Made by a program: the position numbers and the translations under genes
DNA from: Ascoidea asiatica JCM 7603
Taxonomy: Eukaryota; Fungi; Ascomycota
Assembly: GCA_001600695.1 (NCBI GenBank)
Contig: BCKQ01000005.1
Span: 591,542-655,541 of the forward strand
Direction: 5' to 3'
Length of the DNA: 64,000 bases
Shown: one piece after another, positions 55,401 to 64,000 of the stretch
Layout of the letters: each line of letters starts with the position of its first letter
Numbering within the stretch: position 1 is the first letter of the stretch
The notes under the pieces: generated by a model
Told to the model about the DNA's origin: nothing
Database searches by the model: none
What the model saw: the letters and a program-made list of their open reading frames with translations, nothing else

Positions 55401-56609
55401 TTCAAAATAAGATAAACGACTTTTAGCTTCTTCAATTTGAATACCACAATTTTTTTTAATCACTGGATTTACAGAAGAATTAGAAATTTGAGTTATTTTA
55501 CTTATAATTTGTTTTTCAGTTGATATTTTTTGTAAAAGTTTTGCTTCTGGTGTTGATGGAGCTTCTTTTTTAGGAGCACGAATAGCATGGATTAAAGAAG
55601 GAGAGCTTGAGGTAGAAGTTGGTGAATTTGAATATCCAGATTTATTGAAGCTTGAATTATAATTTGATTTAGGAAGTGAGTTATGATTAGCAGGTTGAAT
55701 ACGAGATGAATTCAAACTATGATTCAAATTAGGATTTATTTTATTTTTTGGAAGATTATTTTGAGGCTGATACAGCATGGGTCTTGATTTTATATTAGAA
55801 TTCAAAATTGGAGTGGATGATAAGGCAGAGGGTATAGCTGAATTTAAGCTTGGGTTTGGACTTTGATTTGGAAACTGATTGTGGATTCTATTTTGGTTTT
55901 GATTTTGATTTATAATAGGAGTTGAATTAGGATTTGGAATAGGATTAGGTCTGTAATTTAAATTTGAATTATGATTATAATTAGGATTAGGATTTTGATT
56001 ATAACTTGGATTAGGAATAGGTTTATGATTTACATTTACATTAGGCTTATAACTTGCATTAGGATTATAACTTACATTAGGGATGGGGTCATATTTTGGA
56101 ATAGAATTTGGAATAGAATTTGGATTAGAATTTGGATTAGGATTGGGGTTAGAAATAGGATTATAGTTTGCAAATTGACTGGAGAATCTATTAGGATTTG
56201 AATTTGGATTTGAATTTGGATGTGAGATGGGACTCACACTAGAATTTTGATTTTGATTAGAAAATCTATTTGAATTATGATTTTGATTGAAGTTTGTATA
56301 TTGATTCAAAAAAGGATTCGAAAATACCTGTGGGTTATTCTGAGTTGTAGTAGGATTCGAATATTGGTAAGATTGTGGTCTTGGTTTTCGATAAGAGTTT
56401 TCTTCTATATTCGGAGTTGGCCTTTGACCTTGATTTGAATTTATGATTGGATTTGGATTATTATTATAATTCACAGAATACCTATTCCGATTTGAATCAT
56501 TTGGATCATTTAGATTATAAGGTTTATAAGGCTCATTTGGATTATTTGAATTATTTGATTTATTTGAATTATATGAGTTATTTGAATTATATGGGTTATT
56601 TGGAAACAT
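52467..56609 (-). CDS. PKC1: Protein kinase C (fungal Pkc1 type: HR1-HR1-C2-C1-kinase), divergent
   Basis: HR1-like coiled coils, C2 (PLSGLLKVHI, NELEISVLDK, LEPEGQIEL), one C1 zinc finger, AGC kinase VLGRGQFGKV..YRDLKLENILL..KIADYGLCK..TSTFCGT, NFD and FTGFS motifs; adjacent to SEA4. Confidence 0.82.
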   Translation of the reverse strand: MFPNNPYNSNNSYNSNKSNNSNNPNEPYKPYNLNDPNDSNRNRYSVNYNNNPNPIINSNQGQRPTPNIEENSYRKPRPQSYQYSNPTTTQNNPQVFSNPFLNQYTNFNQNHNSNRFSNQNQNSSVSPISHPNSNPNSNPNRFSSQFANYNPISNPNPNPNSNPNSIPNSIPKYDPIPNVSYNPNASYKPNVNVNHKPIPNPSYNQNPNPNYNHNSNLNYRPNPIPNPNSTPIINQNQNQNRIHNQFPNQSPNPSLNSAIPSALSSTPILNSNIKSRPMLYQPQNNLPKNKINPNLNHSLNSSRIQPANHNSLPKSNYNSSFNKSGYSNSPTSTSSSPSLIHAIRAPKKEAPSTPEAKLLQKISTEKQIISKITQISNSSVNPVIKKNCGIQIEEAKSRLSYFESSLKKLKVSTRPVRKPPPGLENPPKIYEMPSNSQKNQNTVSNSNSIQYQQENKILNNGNMNQNRILNRMDLEKVNCPSMGHKVKYMSELLTLKIQTEKRFLKAAEKMKELYEKKFVNPQFYSESKQKTETFQQRLFLLEKAQKKYKDLNINDLDFNSDIKFISNTNNLRKPLSGLLKVHIHRITGLTRPASAYNKFDNNSTHSKLAFKVDSIRFPDSNLIKNDIWNQSYSVNVENGNELEISVLDKIEGKFVEVSVIWITISDIAEETRKVKNQIKLQYSNLSASTDNGLYSLNEPQRKSTEALSYNALDQNMNDPLNRNNLQNKLDNAEKKFTMFNLEPEGQIELALEFEQHKAAIMPVNSTDIKMKSPKVPNYINTPFGPRKPAVIEKERFTIKNGHKLVKFYTNTIQSCFVCNQLLRFQCYKCQNCQKFIHDKKCIDELKDELSCTVPNSDRNSLSLRPFQEHNRANSNISLNSINSANSSRSQLSQESYNPQLVLPMITVEDKFEYTNEYRRNSSTFNRSNEEYEKWLYDKVSSPTTETVDQNEEKLETSIDIMSSMIADIEGFGKLEKKEKIETSIEPFKDFINNIAKEKEESKESGNELPKKDEELDNGSIEPISSLVDNNSRKSSDSRLEFGKINTKRKIGEKDFRYIRVLGRGQFGKVLLAESKKSNRRCAIKILKKSAIVEDGQISGIKQEKKMYVIASKANIPFLTKLYSSFHTKRRIFFVMEFAKGGDLMWHLQKHPFTLRTARFIAAEVLIGLKYLHENGIVYRDLKLENILLTQEGHVKIADYGLCKDNMEYGRRTSTFCGTLDYMAPEIIEGKDYDKSVDWWAFGVLIYQMILQVSPFFGDNELEIRNSISFDEPTYPPTMSPSTVEVISGLLNKDEKKRLGSGERDALEIMEHKYFEKIDFNKLIKFEIEPPLKPEIDNNNEGSNFDKEFTDLPVELTPTNSISEADQRQFTGFSKVCDSEF

Positions 56610-57323
56610 TCCTCATATATCCCTAAACGAGGCTTTTGCTTTTAGAAAAATGAATTAAATAAATATGAATTTCAATAGCACACTTTCTGTAATTGAAGCT
56701 AAGTTGTTCTTCATAAGCCAGAAGCAATGCTTTTATATTGATTATGTTTTCCAGATTAAAATAGTTTGAATCATAAATAGCAGTAAAAAGCACTATTCAA
56801 AAGGGGAGCCCAATACAGGAAAATATCACTGCAAGCACTCAGCACTCAGCACTCCCTCACAGTGGTCCTGTACCGAGTTTTGTGCTGACTGAGTAACATT
56901 AACAGAAAGTCCTCTCAAATTGTCTTTTTACCCAAGCGCACGGAACCAGAAACAGACCAGATATGTTTTTTGTATTTATTGTGTATTTTATTTTATTTGA
57001 TCTAATTTTATTTAATTTTATTTAATTTACTGCGTGTTTTATTGTTATCAAATTGAAAGGATCAATGTTAATATTTTAATATTGATTTTGTATATTCCAA
57101 ACCCATTTTACAAAAAAAGGTATTTATAATTGTAAATCTCAGTATGGGCCGGGTTGTTTCCAAATAGTAGTCACCAGGGAGTCTATATGAAAGAATCATT
57201 CTATAATTTTTATTCGCAATTTTATCTTCTTCGTTCATTCACTGGAGGAATCAGAGAGATTCTAAATCGAAATGAAAAAAAAGCAAAAAAAGAATACTAG
57301 GCTATTCATCTATTCTTTGATAT

Positions 57324-60300
57324 TTATTTCAATGAGCATTTACAATTGCAATTAGGAATAGGGCACACTATATGTTCTTCAAACCATTCTTCAGCATGGT
57401 TGAAATGCATCCCATGGTGACAAGTCAAACAAACTGTAACCAACTCTTCATCATTCATACCTAAAGGAAATAAGCATATTCCACATCTTGGTAATAAAGC
57501 ATTACAATAAGGGCAACTTATAATTTTATTTAAATATGGTTTTTTATGTTTTATATTTCCTTTATTTTTTGGTACTTTATTTTTAATTTTCATATTTAAA
57601 CTAGAATTTCCAATTGTATCTATACTTATATTCATATTTCCTTTGGAATTTTTATCATTTATTTTACCATTAGAATCAAAATTCAAATTTCCTGATAAAC
57701 TTATACCTTTACTGCATTTCAAACATTGTATAATTAATTGTTTAGGCTTATTAAGAAGTTTCATCTCTTCTTCAAATGCTTTCAAACTTCTATTATTACC
57801 ACTGTTATTAATATTACTTTCGTTTTTAATATTGATATTATTATCATTCCCCATATTATTCATATCTATATTATTAATATTGTTATTACTAATAGTATTA
57901 TTATCAATACTATTACCATTTCCCTTGTCATTTCCATTAAGTTTGTCATTACCAATAATATTATTTTCAATTTTGTTATTATTCTGATATAAAATTTCTC
58001 TTCTTTTAATATCAAATTTGCAACGTTGTCTAAATAGCTTCAAACTATTCAAATACTCTCTATAACAATTAATCCAGTATATTACTCTTTTATCTTCAAA
58101 GTATTTCGGCACTCCATAAATTCCAATCAAAACTGCAGTTTGTAAATCATTACTAAAGTCAATATAATGTTGTAAAATATTAATACCATCAACTGTAATA
58201 CCAGTTAAAATAATACCTTCCAAATTTCCTGAATTGATCATTTCATTACAACTATTCTTCAAATATTCATCTAAAAGCTTATCATTAAGAAATCTAAAAG
58301 CAATTTGTAATCTTTCTTTTAATGGTAATGAAACTTCATCTAAAACTGTTCTCCATTCTTTATCCGAAATATATGCAAAAATTCCTCTAAGATATGGATC
58401 TTCAAGTTCCGATGCCAATACTCTACATTCATCTTTCCACTTTGTATTCCCTTGTTCTTCTTGTCCAACTATAGATTCATAAAAATATGCGGAAATAGCT
58501 ACTGCTAATATTTTATGCTCTTGAATTTCAGAACTTCTTAAAATATCAATACTTTTCTCAATTTCTCCTCTAAATACTGCACAAGCTGCTGCTCTTGTAA
58601 CTTCTTCATTTTTGATTAATTTATCTAATTTTCTAAAAAACTCTTCTCTTGTATCATATGAATCTAATAAATATAAGCAAAGTTTTCTTTGATTTGATTT
58701 TTTTTTAGTGATTCCTTCTTCTTTAAAATTATTACTAATTCCACTTGTAAATTCTCTATTTCTTTTTGGACTTTCAATTTTATGAACAATATTTTTTATA
58801 CATTCTTGATATAAATCAGATGTTGCTGTATTAATTCCAAAGTTAGATCCGTATCCATATCCAAAGCCAGTCATATTATTACCTTTAATACGTTTATTTC
58901 CAATAAATCTTTGTAACTTTTCATTGTCTTCTATACCTTCCCAAATATCTCTAACTCCTAAAAATCTTAAATCGAATAATTTATTATTCATTAAATCATT
59001 ATTCTTACTTGATAGTTCAATCCATTTCCAAATCGATTCAAGCATGTTTATACTACCTTCTAGAATACCATCATTTGAACTACCTTGTTTCAAACTATTA
59101 ATGATATCTAAATTTTTTTCATAATCAACCCCATATCCACTACCAAGCATTATTTGAAACTTATTACAAATATCTTGCTCTATGAAATTGGAGTCCGTTA
59201 TTGAATATTCTATTGTAAGATTTTGATTCTGATTATCAGAATCATAATCATCTCCCATATTTTTGATATTATTTTCTTCAAATCCATCAAAGTTAGATAT
59301 CATTTGTTTATTTTCTTCATTAAGCCCGATAACTTGTGTTGATTCGTCATGTTTCGCTTTTACAATATTTCCTTTAACTGGAGATATCTGCTGATTTCCA
59401 AGCTTAATTAAATCAGCAAACTCACCTGGCTTCGGTGAATTCTTTTCCCTTAATTCATTATCTATATCTCCATGAGTTATACCTTTATTATCTATTTGTA
59501 CTTTTTCATTTATTTTTGCATCTAGTTTCAATGAGTACAAATCATTTAGAATATTATCTTCAGGATTTCTTTTATTTCTTTTTTCATTACCTAAAATTAT
59601 TCCTTTAAAATAGTTATTTTTTTTAAGATTTACTCTATATTTTAATAATCCCCAAGGACCACAGTTTATTGAATTATTTTGAGGAGAAAACTTGGAGGTG
59701 AACTGTCCTTCAGTTAATGGATATTTTTTTACTGTACCGGAAAGCTTTAAGCAAACTATACTTGAAAAATATTTTCCATTTCTAGCATAATCGAATGATA
59801 CAAATTTACCTAAAGTATCCCTATTATTTATATCAAATATTTTATCCACAAACAAATTATCTATATTGATTGTTTCTCTTTTTTCTTTATTTTCAGATTC
59901 TAAGTTTTGGGTAAAAATATGACTTGAGATTGAATCTTCTTCATCACTGGTAATATAAGTTGCATTATATTCATCATCTTCTTCATGTATGTTATTCAAA
60001 AAGTTTAAGGTTAAATTGGAATAATTTGCTTCAACTGGAACATAACCTAAACTCCATTTTTTTAATTTAGTAATTCTTTTCTCTTCTTCAGTATAATAGT
60101 CATACAGTGTTGTTATCTCGAGTTTATTCACAGGTGAATATCTATAACAAACTGACTTTTGTTTTTCAATGTTTAAATCTGATAAACTCAATTCCAAAAC
60201 AGGTTTTGAATTAATTACTTCTTTATTTGAGATTATTGAAGAGCTTGCAACAGATTCAACAATACTAGAATTTAAATTGGTTAATGACCCTTTTTGATTA

Positions 60301-61111
60301 TTATTTAAAGTAACATTTTGTCCAGATTTGTAATCAGTTATTAAATTAGTATTTGTTACTAGTTTTCTTCTATCCCAGAAAGCAATACCATCATCAGAAG
60401 AAGAACTAAATAAGTAGTTTATAAATGGGTCATATAATATTTGATTATGACATTGAGTTCTTATTTCAAAAACAGGTTTATTACTAGATATCCTTGAGTC
60501 AAATTCAAATAATTTATGATTTGTTCCAACTATTATATTATCTGTGAAAAAAGGACTAAACTTTGAGCATAAAATTGAATCATTGTTTATAGCTGAATAA
60601 ACTTTTTTATCTTTGAGAATATCAAATAATAAAAGACTTGAATTACCTCTTACTTTTTCAAGACCTAAAGCTAATAAAGAAGATGAATTATTGAATGATA
60701 AAGAATTGCAAATATTTGTGTAATTTTTATTGAATTCCTGAATATCACCTTCATCATTATCCATTTTCATCATATCAAAAATCTTTGCAGAACCATTTTT
60801 ATGACCTGTTGCAACAATTCCAAATCTTCGAGAATTGGAGAAACAAGAAATAGCCGAAAGTTTTTTCCTGTTGATTCTTTCTAAATCTTCTGAAGAAATC
60901 TTTGAAAAAGTTAATATAAAAATGAATTATTAGTTAGAATAAATCCATAGAGCTTATAATAAATAGAAAATTGACAAAATATGCTTACTTCATTTAGGTA
61001 ATCAGATTGATAAAGAGATATTTCATCCAAATTGCTAGTTCCTGGTCCAACAGCCAAGAAATATTCGTATGGCTCTCTTGACCAGGAATCAATTCTCTTG
61101 ATACAAGTCAT
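57324..61111 (-). CDS. SEA4: SEACAT/GATOR2 subunit Sea4 (MIOS); exon 1 61111-60989, exon 2 60899-57324
   Basis: WD40 N-terminus (LLALGLEKVR, FWDRRK), RAAACAVF, LEDPYLRGIFAYI, GNLEGIILTGIT, DLQTA, C-terminal LPRCGIC..CLTCHHGMH..HAEEWF..CPIPNCNCKC. Confidence 0.9.
60900..60988 (-). other. SEA4 intron (89 nt, phase 0), GTAAGC donor and AAG acceptor
   Basis: TTCTAAC at 60939-60933; the first AG downstream is AAG and is in frame; the next CAG and TAG are out of frame. Confidence 0.75.
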
Positions 61112-61994
61112 TGACTCTAAATTGTGGAAAGGTATTATAATAGGAAGAAATCACTACAATTATAATCAGTATCCTGATGATAGATAAATTGGGTAAATGA
61201 ATCTAATTTTGTTATATAATGAAATGATGTTAGTTGAGATTATTTGAATGGCCATACGATAGATAGTTATAAAAGAGATGAAAGTGTCCCGCAAGAAGAA
61301 TCTTGATTAACATATGGTAACGTTAAAGATTTCGTTAGTTTAGAACTGTTAAAAAAGTCGTATTTAAATAGAAGCTGGATATTTTGTTTAGGTTCCAATA
61401 AAGTCTGTCAACTTAATCACTGTTCAATTGATATGAAATATTTATTATCAATAGTTAACATTTATTATAATATAACGAAATATATTTTATATACATATGT
61501 GTTTAAAATTCATTTTTTTCCAATAAACAGAAGTGTAAAAACACAGAGATATATAAAGTGTATAACCGTGATATTTTTGATTAGACAAAACTAGTAATAA
61601 CTCAGAAAACAAAAACAAGAAAATAAATATAATTTTAAATATTTGAAAAATAATTTAAAAAAAAAAGGATTATAAAAAGGAGTAAAAAAATAAGCAGCAT
61701 AACAAAACATCAATAATAAATAAAAAATAAACAACTTACTAACCAAAATTCCATCCAACAAAATCTAAGAAAGCTAAACAAAAATTGGAAAAAATATAAT
61801 TTTCTCTTAAAAAAAAAAAGAAAGGGGAATTATCCAAAGAAAAAGAATAAAGAATATCAAAAATTTAGTTTGAACTTAAAGTCAAATTTAGATTTGAGTT
61901 GGAATCTAAACTCAAATAAACTAAAGGTAAAAGTAGAAACTGGAAATAGGCATAGGTATAAGAACCGGCATAGGCATAGGTATAGAAATTGAAG

Positions 61995-62030
61995 TAGAAA
62001 TAGAAATAGAAATAGAAATAGAAATAGAAA
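61995..62030. repeat. (TAGAAA)n microsatellite
   Basis: About 6 tandem copies. Confidence 0.85.
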
Positions 62031-62194
62031 TGGAAAAAATAGAAGTATAATAAATATGAACAATGATATAGGAATAAAAAGCAATAATAATAAAATCAAA
62101 AATCCATTATAAATAAATTAAAATTAAAGACCAAGAAAAGGAAAAATAAAATGAAAAATCAAAGGAAAATTTTATATTTGAAAATAAATGTAAT

Positions 62195-63655
62195 TTAATA
62201 ATTATCTACTTTAAGATAAATTTTATCAACACCATTTATTGCAGATATAAAATCTTTATCCATTTCTAAAGGGGTATAATAGCCAGTAATATCTTTATAT
62301 AATAGACTTATATCTTTTTCAGTGTTTAATCTTGATTTAACAGTATCAATTAAAGAATCTAATGATGAATTTGTTGAAACTTTTAAAGCTATTATATCAT
62401 CACCATCTGAACCACAATAATAAATTTTTGCTTTAACAAATGTTTCAGGTTTATTAATATCAATTGAATTTTTATTTTGAGAATTACTAATAGAAGATTT
62501 TGAAGATGAATTATCATGATAACTTGGAAAAGAAGATAATGAAGAATTTCTACCAGGAGAATTTGGAACTTGAATAGAATCTAAGAATGAATCGAGAACA
62601 GGAGTTGGATTTGGTGACTCTTTTGAAGTTTCAATCAGATCAGAATCAGTTAGGTTATTATTATTATTATTCAAATTATTGACATTATTTCCATAATTAT
62701 TATCATTACTATTATCATTATTATTTATATTATTATTGTTTGCAGATAATGTGAATTGAGAAAGTCTTGGATTACTTTTCATTGATGATAACATTGAACT
62801 TGAAGATTTTTTTCTATCATGTTGGATCCATGGAGAATTTGGTGTTATTGGAGATTTTTTTGGATTATAAGGTACAGATGATAAACCAGTTGGTAATAAA
62901 TTTTTATTACTATTATTAATATTATTATTAGTATTATTATTTGCAGTTTTGATATTAATTGATAAATTATGAATATTTGATGTTGGAGAAACGGAAAATG
63001 AAGAACGAGTGAATTTTTGACTTGATTGACTTTGATGATTATTTTGAAACAGTAACAGTTGTTGTTGAGAATGTTGAGATAATGGAATTTGTTGATGATT
63101 TGAAGAAAATTGAGGTGTTGAAGGTAATGGTTTTTTATTTTCAATTGAAACCGAAGCAATAAGATTTGATAAAGGTAAAAGTTGTTGAGAAATTTTATTT
63201 GAAGGAATAAAAGAAGAATATAATGGATGATTTGAATCTAATTCAAGATCTAATTTTTTTGGTAATAACCAATTAAATAATAACTTATTAATTGAAGTAC
63301 CATTTAAATCTTGTTCAAATAATTTATTTAAATAAGAATTTAATGAATGACATCTTTTAAGTAAAATATTTGAATCATAATTATTTGAATTATTGGAATT
63401 ATTTAAATTATTTTGAATTGGTAATGGATTAATTAAAGTTGGTAATTGAAAACTATTTAAATTTGAAAAATTTAGATTATTTAAAGAAGATATTAAATTT
63501 ATATGTAAATCATAAAAATCTTGATAATATCTAATTAAAAATCTTTTTGAATTATTTTTTAAAACTAAATCAATTCTATACCAAATTTTACCATTGTGAA
63601 GTAGTACATTTGAAACATTAATTGAAACTGGGTTATTATTATTATTTGAATTTAA

Positions 63656-63698
<43 letters not shown>

Positions 63699-64000
63699 AT
63701 ATTATTATTAATATTTGAATTAGAATTCGAAGAAAAATGATTTAAACTTAAAGAAGAATTAGTATTATTAGTAATATTTGAGATATTTGAGAAAACACTT
63801 TCTATACTATTTGAAGAGTTTTTCTTTTTCTTTTCATTAATTGGATTTATATTATTATCAATACTATTATGATTATGATTATTTTTATGATTATTGGTAT
63901 TGTTATTGTTATTGTTATTGTTATTGTTAGTATTAGTAAAAGTAGTGGCGGTTGATGATTTTGATAATTTTAATGATGGTTGAGGAGGTAAAGGTGTAGG
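62195..64000 (-). CDS. PX- and PB1-domain scaffold, Bem1-like; 5' end beyond window
   Basis: Frame checked open from 62195 to the window end; PX: VSINVSNVLLHNGKIWYRIDL..FLIRYYQDFYDLHINL..LPTL..KRCHSLNSYLNKL; PB1: VKAKIYY..DDIIALKV. Confidence 0.8.

Noticed and set aside
57135-57275. Possible snoRNA (CTGA next to a GC-rich tract on minus; ATCATTCTATA resembling U3 box A on plus)
   Set aside because: No convincing C box or terminal stem and no other U3 boxes; lies in the SEA4 3' region

Overview
Eukaryotic, very AT-rich DNA from a budding yeast (Saccharomycotina). The Asn-rich proteins, few introns with yeast-type splice signals and scarce CTG codons resemble the Ascoidea/CUG-Ser2 group; this placement is inference only. 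About 24 protein-coding genes: UBP16, a copper amine oxidase, GID11-like, SMD3, CDC37, TAF10, PEP3, MIX23, SRO7/77, a MedA/DUF7082-type regulator with a 5.7-kb upstream gene desert, AIM24, EAF6, ARP7, CDS1, RPL37, MIOX, an unknown membrane protein, THO2, a divergent TEY MAP kinase, RPL24, RPL30, a divergent PKC1, SEA4 and a 5'-truncated PX-PB1 (Bem1-like) gene. Six introns that the ORF track misses were reconstructed by hand (SMD3, SRO7, RPL37, RPL24 5'UTR, RPL30, SEA4). No tRNA, rRNA, transposon or CRISPR was recognised. Most notable: (1) short GC-rich intergenic islands, several with a G-to-C strand-skew flip across them (candidate origins or double-strand-break hotspots); (2) a three-helix long-range stem closing the RPL37 intron; (3) the conserved L30 kink-turn autoregulatory switch in RPL30; (4) AAG acceptors and TTCTAAC branch points; (5) a remodelled PKC1 near a MAPK lacking the CD docking motif; (6) candidate structured elements in the medA upstream desert.
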